From the NCBI GenBank assembly GCA_029250305.1, contig JAQXFM010000293.1:1-42101 (forward strand): 42,101 nt of DNA, read 5' to 3'. The DNA is from Candidatus Poseidoniaceae archaeon (GTDB lineage: Archaea; Thermoplasmatota; Poseidoniia; Poseidoniales; Poseidoniaceae). Below the pieces are notes generated by a model. That model made no database searches. It was not told the DNA's origin and saw nothing but the letters and a program-made list of their open reading frames with translations. Positions 14,406 through 23,858 of this stretch are shown here, piece by piece. The position numbers and the translations under genes are program-made. Every line of letters starts with the position of its first letter. The stretch's first letter is position 1.

Positions 14406-15815
14406 TTAAGCGGGGTTCACGCGTAATCCTTGCAGCATCAAGACATCCGGAAGATGCATGCTTCCCGAAGAATACGAGCCTTGGACACGAACATCGTCAC
14501 CGAGCCGAACGCCCTCGGAAAGGGCTTTTGCAAGGTTGCCAGAGAGTCCAGCTTGCTTCACAGGGCCAAGAATTTGACCACCTTCAACCCGTAGAATGGT
14601 GCTCGTTGTCACTGAGAAATCACCGCTTGTCGGATTCGCTGTGTGGGCACCCATCACGCTGTGAACGATGTATCCATCGCCCATTTCTTGCAGGAGTGCA
14701 TCTTGGGAATGGCCTCCATTTTTGGAAGTCATGGTAAAGTCACTGCAGCCAATACCGGGCGGCGATTGGTGTCCGCCACGGACGGCGTTTCCAGTCGTTT
14801 CAGCATGCTCGATTCGCCCTTCAGCAACCTGTTGCGCTGCATCCCTTGTGCCCCACATGGAGCCAACAAGTCGACCGTTTTCGACGAGTGTTTGGCGACG
14901 GCTCGGTACGCCTTCTCCGTCGCGGGAACTTGCAGATTTACCGCCATCCATTCGACCATCATCGATCAGCGAAAGGTCAGAGGCAAGCACTTGAGTTCCT
15001 TCTTTGCCGGACCAGAACGATTCATTGCGAACCAATCGGTCACCTCGTAGTGCGGTTGGAACGACCATTGAAAACAAGGGTGAGAAACCTTCACTCGTCA
15101 TGAGCACAGGCGTATCTTGTGGCTGACTATCGATTTCAATCGGCCCACGTGTGACTTGAGCCCAATGCACTGCGTTTGCGATGCAAGGAGGCACATCTGC
15201 CAACAACTGCCGACCGGAATCCCCTTCGTAGGAACTGGTGAGTTCATCATCAGCATCGATGGAAACTTGGACGCCAAGCCCATGAGAGGTGGTGATGCCA
15301 GAGGATTCAATCCCTTCGCTGGAAAGAATGGCCGATGCCGTGGCACCAACGCCGAGGCCCCCGCCCGTCACAACAGCACGCTTGTCAAGTGAAGCCACTT
15401 CACTCAACACTGCGTCTGCTTGTTCTAACAGGTCTTCTGGACCAATGTCAAGAATGCGACGATCGCACAAACCCTCGACTGGTGCTGCCTCTTGAGCACT
15501 TGGGAGAACAAAACCTTCGATGGAAGGTGATGCACGTGCCACATCGAGTGCTTGTTTGATTGCAGGGGTTGCAGAACTTGCGTCGACGAGGTAAGCGTAG
15601 CCAAATCGGCCTTCTTCCACCACACGGATGCCATATCCGCCCTCGCCACCGCCAGCAGCGAGCGAAATCTTTCCTGCTTCGATGTCAAGTTGGTGGCCAT
15701 AAGATTGGAACGCTACTACTTCCCATTGCGAAATTCCTTCTTGCTTGCAAAGGTCGCCGATGCGTTTGCACCCTTCTCCGATTCTCTCAACAGCGTCGTT
15801 TGGTAGCATCTTCAT
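14406..15815 (-). CDS. pmbA: PmbA/TldE family metalloprotease component
   Basis: TldD/PmbA-fold composition and length (469 aa) but no HExxxH motif. It overlaps the upstream TldD gene by 4 nt, the usual paired arrangement. Confidence 0.8.
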   Translation of the reverse strand: MKMLPNDAVERIGEGCKRIGDLCKQEGISQWEVVAFQSYGHQLDIEAGKISLAAGGGEGGYGIRVVEEGRFGYAYLVDASSATPAIKQALDVARASPSIEGFVLPSAQEAAPVEGLCDRRILDIGPEDLLEQADAVLSEVASLDKRAVVTGGGLGVGATASAILSSEGIESSGITTSHGLGVQVSIDADDELTSSYEGDSGRQLLADVPPCIANAVHWAQVTRGPIEIDSQPQDTPVLMTSEGFSPLFSMVVPTALRGDRLVRNESFWSGKEGTQVLASDLSLIDDGRMDGGKSASSRDGEGVPSRRQTLVENGRLVGSMWGTRDAAQQVAEGRIEHAETTGNAVRGGHQSPPGIGCSDFTMTSKNGGHSQDALLQEMGDGYIVHSVMGAHTANPTSGDFSVTTSTILRVEGGQILGPVKQAGLSGNLAKALSEGVRLGDDVRVQGSYSSGSMHLPDVLMLQGLRVNPA

Positions 15816-17254
15816 CCCACCAATGCGTTTGAAATTCTCATAATCGGACCGCCGTCCCCGACCGGGACTGTTTGTCCCTTTCCACAGAAACCAGGCGCTG
15901 CAAGGCGAGCATCTTGAGTAAGGCCATCGACATCCTTGAGAATTTGAAGGGTCAATCCGCTCACACTGACATCTTTCAGTGGCTTGGTGAGTTCACCGTT
16001 TTCGATGAGCCACGCTTCTTGTGCAGCAAATTGGAATGAGCCTCGACCCGTGTCCACTTGCCCACCTCTGGAACCGCAAGCATAAACGCCGTAACTGATG
16101 TCTTCAATCAGTTCATCCAAATCGTTGTGGGTTCCGCCCTGAATCATGGTGTTCGACATGCGCACGAGCGGGTGGTGAAGGCCGTCTTGGGCACGAGCAC
16201 CTGCGTTCGGTGCGATGCCGAAGTGGTGGGCAGTCTCTCGATGGTTGAGGTATTCGGTAAGCACACCGTTCTTGATGAGGCATTTCTCACGGGTGTCAAG
16301 ACCTTCATCATCAATTGGATGGGCTCCGTACCCACCACGAATGGTTGGATCATCGACCACGGTGACGATGCTGTTGCCAATCGTTTGGCCTAACTTTCCA
16401 TCGAGGCACGAGTCGCCAGCTGCGACTAAGTCTGCTTCACATGGGTGGCCAAGTGCCTCGTGGATGTAGACTCCAGTGAGGTCACGGTCGGCCACAAGCG
16501 GGAGTTTTCCAGATGGAGCACGTTCTGCTTTCAAAAGTCGAAGTGTTGCGATTTGAGCAGTTCGGCCGAGTTCTCCAAGATCGCATGCCTCGATGACTTC
16601 AAGACCCCCTTCGCCGCCATGGCGCGTTCTATAGGAGACGACATCGCCTCCATCACGACCGGTGACGGTTGCGTTGATGAGGGAGCGTTGAAACGACCAC
16701 GTACGGTTCATGCCTTCTGAAGTCATCAACTCAGTGTGGAGGTGTTCATCATGCCAGCCACATGTAACAGAGACAATTCGTTCGTCCTCTGCCGCGCTGT
16801 CATGGAGCGTCATCAGGTGGTGAAGTTTGGTATCCAAATCGGTGTTTCGTACATCCTTCTTTGGTATCCAATGGACTTCATTTTCCAAGATTGGAACCTC
16901 TGCAAGGGCGACAGGCCGGTCTTTGGAGGCCCTGCGAGCAGCCACAGCCTTGGCGAGTTTCACAGTTGACTCAACTTGGCCAGGGAGCGAAAGAACATCC
17001 GTTGTCGAATGCACGCCCCACGCCCCATCAGCCAAAATTCGCATGGTGACGCCGATGTCTTGACCTGGAATGGCTCGCTCGAGTTTCCCATCTCGAATGG
17101 CCACTGAGGAGTCAGTGATCGCCATCAAACGGACTTCTGCATAGGAAGCGCCGAGATCTTGGGCATGGTCAAGTGCGGCCTGAATTTTCGATTGTTGAAG
17201 GTATCGACCGGTCCCTGAAGTACGGTCGTCGTTTGGGCTAGCACTCATCACCAT
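15812..17254 (-). CDS. tldD: TldD family zinc metalloprotease
   Basis: Has the HExxxH motif in YIHEALGHPCEAD, 480 aa of TldD-type sequence (GGYGAHPIDDEG, GSRGGQVDTGRGSFQF), and is paired with pmbA. Confidence 0.85.
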   Translation of the reverse strand: MVMSASPNDDRTSGTGRYLQQSKIQAALDHAQDLGASYAEVRLMAITDSSVAIRDGKLERAIPGQDIGVTMRILADGAWGVHSTTDVLSLPGQVESTVKLAKAVAARRASKDRPVALAEVPILENEVHWIPKKDVRNTDLDTKLHHLMTLHDSAAEDERIVSVTCGWHDEHLHTELMTSEGMNRTWSFQRSLINATVTGRDGGDVVSYRTRHGGEGGLEVIEACDLGELGRTAQIATLRLLKAERAPSGKLPLVADRDLTGVYIHEALGHPCEADLVAAGDSCLDGKLGQTIGNSIVTVVDDPTIRGGYGAHPIDDEGLDTREKCLIKNGVLTEYLNHRETAHHFGIAPNAGARAQDGLHHPLVRMSNTMIQGGTHNDLDELIEDISYGVYACGSRGGQVDTGRGSFQFAAQEAWLIENGELTKPLKDVSVSGLTLQILKDVDGLTQDARLAAPGFCGKGQTVPVGDGGPIMRISNALVG

Positions 17255-17302
17255 GGAAACACGGAGAAGCCTGTAGTGCTTGAACCCTGCTCCGTTGCGT
17301 GT

Positions 17303-17884
17303 TCAAGAATGGAACTCCGAAGAGAGCACATGTCCAATCAAGAGATCGCACGTTAAGCCAACCTTTTCATCGAATTGAACACCCAATCGATGGGCGCCTT
17401 CTGTGTTGCATTCAAGGCGAACAGCCTCAAGGTTGACCCCCATGGAGTTCGCCAATACCTCAGACTGTTGGGCCCACTTTTTGTTCAAATCGGATTGGGC
17501 AGGAGATTGAGATTCTATTTCGACATCGGCAGAAGGGAGCACGAGAAAGAAGCCTGTTTGATCTCCGTTTCTGACACCTGCACGCTTGAACGCTTCCGAA
17601 ACATGGTGCGTACCTGCGAGGTAGCGGAGAAACTCTGCGTCAAACGAACGAGCGAGGGAAGTCCCCCTTCGCTGACGGCGTGCGGCACTGTTCCAAGCGG
17701 TCCAGAGTTGCATGTGACATTGTGCGATGCCGTCTCCGACCAGCACCCAATGGTCATTCGGACGGTGCTCAAGGAAGGTTTTCGTGAGGTCAGCGCCTTT
17801 GACAGGCGAAGAGGCTCGCCAAGTAAAGCAAGGGAAATCCCCTCCATCCATGTCCATGCGAAGGAGGGGGGAATTTTCAATCAT
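17303..17884 (-). CDS. cgi121: KEOPS complex subunit Cgi121
   Basis: The block LARSFDAEFLRYLAGTHHVSEAFKRAGVRNGDQTGFFLV aligns with the Cgi121 core IAKSFWMEILVRASGQRQIHEAIKIIGAKDG of methanogen Cgi121. ATG 17884 overlaps the Hel308 stop by 8 nt (ATGATTGA). The ORF-track start 18073 lies inside hel308. Confidence 0.7.
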   Translation of the reverse strand: MIENSPLLRMDMDGGDFPCFTWRASSPVKGADLTKTFLEHRPNDHWVLVGDGIAQCHMQLWTAWNSAARRQRRGTSLARSFDAEFLRYLAGTHHVSEAFKRAGVRNGDQTGFFLVLPSADVEIESQSPAQSDLNKKWAQQSEVLANSMGVNLEAVRLECNTEGAHRLGVQFDEKVGLTCDLLIGHVLSSEFHS

Positions 17885-20495
17885 CCGATTGACGTTCACC
17901 CGAGAGTGGGACATCATCTTCGTGAACTCGAGGAGGGGAAGTTCGATGTGTTGCCTTGTTTTCCTTTTCGACAACCTTCTCGACTTCTGTGAGAATGTTC
18001 TGTAACAACACCGGTCCCCAACCACGCAGTGCCAGCAAATCACTTCGTTGCTTTCGAGACATAGCAAGAACATCTCGAGGCGTTCTTAATTCGATTTTAG
18101 ACATTTCACGAGCACGTGCACGCCCAACGTGCTTGATGTTGACCAAATTGAGGAGGTCGGGTTTGCATCCATGACGAATCCGTTGACGCAAGACGTCGAT
18201 CATCGATGATAACTGATCGATTTCAGCAAGGTGATCTTCGGAAAAGACATCATCTGTAAGGAGCACTTGTCGAGCTGCTGCAAGCAACCAACCCATGAGG
18301 TCAACTCGATGATTCACATCCCCTGGGCTGACATCTAAGTCGGTTTCAATCTCCCGAAGGGTCTCTTCTTCGATCCATTTTTCCAGCATCCACGCTGATT
18401 TCACATAGCCGAGAAGACGCTCTTCGAGTGTGATGTCCGTCAGGAGTTCCTCTTCGATTGTGTTCGTCTTTAACCAGAGCAATGAATTGACTTCCATGTC
18501 ACTGTTTTTGGCCCATAGAGCGTTAAAATCAGGCGTAGTTGTCGCCAGTTGCAACAAACTGAATTCGGTCACGGGCCTGTTTTGTCGAACAAGCCGGCGG
18601 ACAGCTCGGCGAAGTCCTGTGCGTAATTGAGAGGCTGAAAGGGGATCAAGGTACATCTGCGTAATCCGCTCGCCCATCATTGTCGCTTCGTAGACCATGC
18701 CGTGATGATCGACGCCTGTTGGTTGGTCCCAACCGCCAACATGGGCGAGGTCCGTGGCTTGCGTAAAGCCGAGAGAGGCCTTCGTAAACGCTGATTCGTT
18801 TCGAGGCTGACGTTGAGTGGTCAGGCTTTGTGGTGCTTGGAAATCGACACCACCTGTGCTTTTCGCAATGCTTGCCCAAATGGGCAACTCATCGTCCCAA
18901 TCTTCCTCTGAGCTTGATGCGGCAGACGAGTCTGCTTTTCGAGCCACATAATCATCGTCGACGCCGACCCTTCGAATGAAGCGCTCTGCTACGAGCCAAT
19001 CGAGCATCCGATCGAGTTGCTCCTTGAGATAGGTTGGCGAAACTGAGGCACCCAAGAACGTCGCTTGGAAAAACTCACCGAGTTCACCTCGATGTCTGAA
19101 ACCGCCTGCCGCAATCGCTGCAAGGAGGTGGGTTCTGAGCGCTGGCTCACTGGATAATTTCGAAGAGATTGATTCAACCGGGCCAAAGAAGTACCTTCGA
19201 CTGACATCATCTGCGATTGCCCATCCATCGGTTCCTTTGCAAAGCACCCATGCTTCACCAAAAGCGTCGTATTTTGGACGCCCAGCCCGACCGAGCATTT
19301 GACGAACTTCCATGACCGGGAGAGGACGGCTCATTCCGTCGTCCCACCGCTTGAGGTCCCTTACCAACACCCGCCTAGCTGGCAAGTTAACGCCCGCTGC
19401 AAGGGTCGGCGTGGCTGCAAGACCAACCAATAATCCATCTTTGAACGCACCCTCAATTGCTTTTCTTTGCCCATGCGTCAGTCCTGCATGATGAAACGCA
19501 AAACCGCCACGTATCGCTGTAGCAAGTCGTTCTGCCATCGCAGTCTGTTGACCGCCTTCCAAACGGTCTGCAAACGCTGCAAGCCGCTTTACACGGTCAG
19601 GATCTTCCTTTGTCAGACGCTTCAACACCCGCTTAGAGAGTTTGAGTGCTTCGGATTGAGCGCTCCGCCTGGTGCCTACGAACACCAACACTTGGCCTTC
19701 TTGGTCGATGGTATCGTTGACAACGACCCATGTGGGGTGTGATTTCGGCCCTTCAAGGTCGCGCGGAGGTTGAAGCGCATCGCCATCTGAACTCATGGCT
19801 GACGATTGAACAAGGCGTGGTTCAAGGTGCATGTCATGGAAGGTGCTGTACTCCAGGGCCACGGGGCGCCAATCCGACAGGACAAGCGTCGCATCGAGCC
19901 ATGTTGCAAGATCTTGACAATTGCCAACCGTTGCAGATAGGGCTATAATTTGGGCCTTCGGACGAAGGTGACGAAGGCGCGTCAAGTTGATTTCGAGGGT
20001 CGGGCCACGTGTGGCATCGTTCATGAGGTGGAATTCATCCGCCACAACAATCGATACATTGGCCATCAATTCAGAACGATTCCTCATCAGCGAGTCTAAC
20101 TTTTCAGAAGTGCAAACAAGCACATCGCATTCCTCTATTTTCTTGGCTTCAGCAGAAGCATCGCCGATTCCGAGGCCTACGCTTAACCCAACCGCAGCAC
20201 AGAGTTCGGAGAGGTCATCGAACTTCTCACTGGCAAGCGCTTTCAACGGTACAATGTAGACCGCTTTGGACCCGGGATCATCTACGAGGATTCGCTTCAT
20301 AATTCCTATGTAAGCAACCAACGACTTACCACTCGCAGTTGGAATTGCCAGCAATGTGTTCGATCCACCAAGAACACTTGGCATGGCTTCAAATTGAGGT
20401 GGATGGAGGTTGACAATGCCCCATGAAGAAGTCAAGAAGTCTGTAACCTTGTGAGGCAAATCAAGCTTCGAAACCGCCCGTTCTGCCCCCTCCAT
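17877..20495 (-). CDS. hel308: Hel308/Hjm Ski2-like superfamily 2 DNA helicase
   Basis: Has Walker A AIPTASGKSL, motif II VVADEFH, SAT, motif VI MLGRAGRP, then winged-helix/ratchet and C-terminal HhH-like regions. ATG 20495 (MEGAERAV) is preferred to TTG 20537. Confidence 0.88.
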   Translation of the reverse strand: MEGAERAVSKLDLPHKVTDFLTSSWGIVNLHPPQFEAMPSVLGGSNTLLAIPTASGKSLVAYIGIMKRILVDDPGSKAVYIVPLKALASEKFDDLSELCAAVGLSVGLGIGDASAEAKKIEECDVLVCTSEKLDSLMRNRSELMANVSIVVADEFHLMNDATRGPTLEINLTRLRHLRPKAQIIALSATVGNCQDLATWLDATLVLSDWRPVALEYSTFHDMHLEPRLVQSSAMSSDGDALQPPRDLEGPKSHPTWVVVNDTIDQEGQVLVFVGTRRSAQSEALKLSKRVLKRLTKEDPDRVKRLAAFADRLEGGQQTAMAERLATAIRGGFAFHHAGLTHGQRKAIEGAFKDGLLVGLAATPTLAAGVNLPARRVLVRDLKRWDDGMSRPLPVMEVRQMLGRAGRPKYDAFGEAWVLCKGTDGWAIADDVSRRYFFGPVESISSKLSSEPALRTHLLAAIAAGGFRHRGELGEFFQATFLGASVSPTYLKEQLDRMLDWLVAERFIRRVGVDDDYVARKADSSAASSSEEDWDDELPIWASIAKSTGGVDFQAPQSLTTQRQPRNESAFTKASLGFTQATDLAHVGGWDQPTGVDHHGMVYEATMMGERITQMYLDPLSASQLRTGLRRAVRRLVRQNRPVTEFSLLQLATTTPDFNALWAKNSDMEVNSLLWLKTNTIEEELLTDITLEERLLGYVKSAWMLEKWIEEETLREIETDLDVSPGDVNHRVDLMGWLLAAARQVLLTDDVFSEDHLAEIDQLSSMIDVLRQRIRHGCKPDLLNLVNIKHVGRARAREMSKIELRTPRDVLAMSRKQRSDLLALRGWGPVLLQNILTEVEKVVEKENKATHRTSPPRVHEDDVPLSGERQSDD

Positions 20496-20586
20496 GGGTG
20501 CCCTTCTGCGCCAACAGTCCAAAAGGACAACGCTCAATCTTGTTCAATGCGACAGCCCTAAGACCCGCCTCTGTGTGTCAAGGTGC

Positions 20587-21198
20587 ATGAGCGATGATGT
20601 GGAAACGATGGTTGACGAGCGCCTTTCGGTGTTTGATGACGAACCCGATCTCAACGACTGGGTCGAAGTCATGTGCGGTGCAGCCATGGTTGTCCTCGGC
20701 ATGTTCCACCTTATTCAGCCCGGTGAACTCGTGAATCCGGATGTCATGCGATGGTTTGCTGCAGCAGTTGTTGCCGCTGGTGGAGTTTGGGCTGGCCACG
20801 GTCTAAAGGACATGGCCGTCAAGGAAATCCGACGATCGATCGCCATCCTCGAAATGTCAGAGTCTGAAGAAGGACCTGACCACGGACTCATCCGGGATGT
20901 GCTTCTCAACCCAACCGCCTACAGTGAATTCCTCTTGGAATCATATGCTGCTGCATGGGAAGACGGAATCATCACCGAAGAAGAACTCAAAGAACTTCGC
21001 TCCTTCCAAGAAATCCTCGGAATCACTGACGAAGATGCTGCAAAGATGAACCTCGAAGCAGCCATCTCTTCGGCTGCAAAGGACGGCAAGATCACTGCGG
21101 AAGAAGAAGAGCAAATCAAGAAGGCTGCAAAGGAAGCAAAGGAAGATGCTGATGCAGTTATTGAAGATGTCAAGAAGAAGACAAACAAGGGCAAGTGA
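20587..21198 (+). CDS. Hypothetical membrane protein (2 TM helices) with a repeated DG-I/K-IT-EEE helical C-terminal domain (TerB-like pattern)
   Basis: The TM helices are VMCGAAMVVLGMFHLI and WFAAAVVAAGGVWAG. The C-terminal repeats are WEDGIITEEELKELRSFQEILGITDEDAAKM and AKDGKITAEEEEQIKKAAKEA. The start could be M at 20587 or the next in-frame M. Confidence 0.6.
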   Translation: MSDDVETMVDERLSVFDDEPDLNDWVEVMCGAAMVVLGMFHLIQPGELVNPDVMRWFAAAVVAAGGVWAGHGLKDMAVKEIRRSIAILEMSESEEGPDHGLIRDVLLNPTAYSEFLLESYAAAWEDGIITEEELKELRSFQEILGITDEDAAKMNLEAAISSAAKDGKITAEEEEQIKKAAKEAKEDADAVIEDVKKKTNKGK

Positions 21199-21205
21199 GA
21201 TCAAC

Positions 21206-23254
21206 TCAGGCCCACTTTGCAGAAGACCCGAACATCGATTCAGCAAGCGTTCTCGCTTTCTTACGCCTCACATATTCAATCCTTGATGACAAAGAGAGGA
21301 GCACGAGACCAAGCATTGCGATCGGTGCATTCGCCTGGATAAAACCTGATGCATTCCGCAAACCAATCGCCTTGGGCACATCGCTCGAATCAAAACCATT
21401 CGATGCGATGAAGCGGACATCAAGCAAATCCAAATCACAATCGCAGAGCGTCACAGAGATTTGTTCTGGGAACAGCGATGACTGCAGCAACACCCAATCA
21501 TTGGTAGAGATTGTTGAAGGCCGAGTCCCCCAAGCTGGAACGCTCACTGAACCAGTCGCTGGGGCAGAAACCATGTCCACATCAAGGTGGAACACACTGG
21601 AAGTTGGTTTGTCATCGACAACAAGCAGTCCTTCAAGCATCAGCAAGTCGAGCAGCAGCGAGCGTCCAGCCAAGAGGATGAAGCGAACCGTTTGATCTTC
21701 GAGAAGCCCTTCGTCAGTGGTTTGCGCACCACCTTTCGCCACCTGCCCGAAAATGGCTTGATCAAGCCGGATTGATTCGAGTTCAGGTACAACAAGTTGC
21801 CAACGGCCATCATCCATTGGTCTCGCTTCTTCAACCTCCAATCGGAGTTGCAAACGTTCGCCGTCAAGCATGCCCCATGTCGCTCCAGTTTGCTTCACGA
21901 GGACTTGTTCAGGAACACCCGGATAGGAGACATCCCAGAGTTGTTGCAAGCGATATTCAACCAATTCTTCGAGCGTGTATTCTCCCTCTAACTGCACTTC
22001 ATCCGCCCCAGCCCACAACGGATGGAAGATCCCTCCAACGAGCATCAGCACAACACCCGGCGTGAACAAGCCGAAGCGAATGGCGGAAGAGGTCGAGTGA
22101 CGCAGGCCATCAACGCCGAACAGAACAAGGATGAACAGACAAGCGATCAAGAAACCGTAGGTCACTGGTTCGAGTTGAATTGCTTCATCTGCATCGCCCA
22201 GAGAGGCAGCACCCACAGGGTAGTATGATGTCCCTGAAAAGCCACTTGGATCGAGCGGTCCAAGTCCCTCAAATGCTAACTGACCAGTCCATCTATAGGG
22301 TTGGAATTTTTCTGCAACACCTCCAATGCACATCGTGTAATCACCAAGCGGAAGGGCACGCCAACGGTAGGTGATCCTCGTTTCCGAACCGTCGTCTGAG
22401 ACAATCACCTCTGGTGCCGGAGCCTCCCTGCCGTTTGGCATGTAGAGGTTCGGAAGTTGATGGGGTTGTTCAATTTCAATTGGGACAGCCTCCCATATGA
22501 CAAATACGCTCAAGACTTCATGCTGCTCTATTTCAAACTCCCAACAGTCCTTGTCATTCTCGACCAGAGCCCCTTCATGTGAGGTTTCAAACTCGGTGCT
22601 GCGGGGGTTGAGGGAACTCGAAGGTTCATCGGTGTTCCTTGCATTAATGTCTTCAGACCATTCGATGTCAAGTTCAAGGAAGGAATTTCCACGCATGTGG
22701 AGTTCCCATGTACCTGGGCGGTCGAGCGAGAAGGTCAAGCGAAGTCGGACAACATCATCAGGCCAAAGCACCCGGTTTCCGTTCAAGTTCAATGGTTCAT
22801 CCACCAGGACATACGGTTCGTTCAACGCTTGACCGGGAATTGGTTGAGCCTCAAACTCCCAGTCCGTCACCGATTGGCCCAGAATGAGGGAGGCATCCAA
22901 TTGGGGGCGTGCTGTCCCTGTTGCATCACCAGTGAATCGAAAATCAACCTCAAACTTAGCAAGCGTTGTAGGCAAGAGAGCCAGTTGATCTTGGCTCGGT
23001 TCTAAGTCAAATTCAAACGTCAGACTTTCCGGTTGGGCTGGGGAAGCAAAGACACTGTCCGTAACGATTTCTTCCCCGATTGGAGTTGGCGTGAGGAGGC
23101 ATTCATCATCTTCTGTGCATGATAGAAACATGTCGCCTTGCTCAGTTGTCAGTGACGCAGAGGCCAAACCAACTGGGTGCAAGACCAAGATGACCAAGAT
23201 GGCGACGAGAACCGCAGCGGGAACACGTGACCCTCTGCATGGCACAATCCCCAT
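21206..23254 (-). CDS. Hypothetical large signal-peptide-bearing membrane protein (682 aa)
   Basis: N-terminal signal-like AAVLVAILVILVLHPVGLASA, an acidic ectodomain of about 330 aa, central TM pair (YGFLIACLFILVLFGV, LFTPGVVLMLVGGIF), a second soluble region of about 230 aa, and a C-terminal TM helix (IAMLGLVLLSLSS) with a basic tail. I recognise no family. Confidence 0.65.
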   Translation of the reverse strand: MGIVPCRGSRVPAAVLVAILVILVLHPVGLASASLTTEQGDMFLSCTEDDECLLTPTPIGEEIVTDSVFASPAQPESLTFEFDLEPSQDQLALLPTTLAKFEVDFRFTGDATGTARPQLDASLILGQSVTDWEFEAQPIPGQALNEPYVLVDEPLNLNGNRVLWPDDVVRLRLTFSLDRPGTWELHMRGNSFLELDIEWSEDINARNTDEPSSSLNPRSTEFETSHEGALVENDKDCWEFEIEQHEVLSVFVIWEAVPIEIEQPHQLPNLYMPNGREAPAPEVIVSDDGSETRITYRWRALPLGDYTMCIGGVAEKFQPYRWTGQLAFEGLGPLDPSGFSGTSYYPVGAASLGDADEAIQLEPVTYGFLIACLFILVLFGVDGLRHSTSSAIRFGLFTPGVVLMLVGGIFHPLWAGADEVQLEGEYTLEELVEYRLQQLWDVSYPGVPEQVLVKQTGATWGMLDGERLQLRLEVEEARPMDDGRWQLVVPELESIRLDQAIFGQVAKGGAQTTDEGLLEDQTVRFILLAGRSLLLDLLMLEGLLVVDDKPTSSVFHLDVDMVSAPATGSVSVPAWGTRPSTISTNDWVLLQSSLFPEQISVTLCDCDLDLLDVRFIASNGFDSSDVPKAIGLRNASGFIQANAPIAMLGLVLLSLSSRIEYVRRKKARTLAESMFGSSAKWA

Positions 23255-23300
23255 GAAGTCCGGAGCAACTCCCCCTGCATGAAGACAATGGTGCGTTGGT

Positions 23301-23858
23301 TCAGATCTTGTCGGGATTGACTTGATCGGTCAGCACTGTTGAACACGCTCGACATCGGTACCTTCCACCGGACTTTTTTTGCCGAGGGTAGGTGTTCTGA
23401 CAAGTTGCACAAACCCAAAGCCAATCTGCTCTGCTTCGACGCAGCATTTCTGTGAATTCTTTCGCATGCTTGGAGGCCGTACGACCCGGCCATGCGGCTT
23501 CGAGTGCTCTGAATGTTGAATCGTGACCCCTGAAGCCAAGGGCATGGATGTATTCGTGATGAAGAACAAAAGCCCCATATGGCCTCCATTTGGCTTCGAG
23601 AAGCCTCGGATGTAGGTCGATGACTTCCACGTCGTCAATGTTCATTGCCTCGAGGTTGACACCTCGCTTCCACCGAGTGACGCCGTGACGTTGGGTAGCA
23701 TTTTTCCGAAGGACTCCAAGAGGAATTGCACCCAAATTACCAACCGGTGCTTCCGACCAAACGGGCATGTCAAGCATGATTTCGATGACATCATCCCTGA
23801 GTTGCTCAAGCGCTTGCTTTGCCTCAGCGCTTGGTCGAACCAACAGACTCAGCTCCAT
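23301..23858 (-). CDS. SprT-like zinc metalloprotease with a C-terminal zinc ribbon
   Basis: HExxH in FVLHHEYIHALGFRGHD, and a C-terminal CATCQ...RYRCRACS four-Cys ribbon, as in SprT-like domains. ATG 23858 overlaps the upstream stop by 10 nt. Confidence 0.6.
   Translation of the reverse strand: MELSLLVRPSAEAKQALEQLRDDVIEIMLDMPVWSEAPVGNLGAIPLGVLRKNATQRHGVTRWKRGVNLEAMNIDDVEVIDLHPRLLEAKWRPYGAFVLHHEYIHALGFRGHDSTFRALEAAWPGRTASKHAKEFTEMLRRSRADWLWVCATCQNTYPRQKKSGGRYRCRACSTVLTDQVNPDKI

Noticed and set aside
20950-21130. EF-hand in the 20587..21198 protein (WEDGIITEEEL, KDGKITAEEEE)
   Set aside because: Only the second half of an EF loop (DGxIxxxE) is present. Positions 1 and 3 are not Asp/Asn, so it is better described as a TerB-like repeat pattern.
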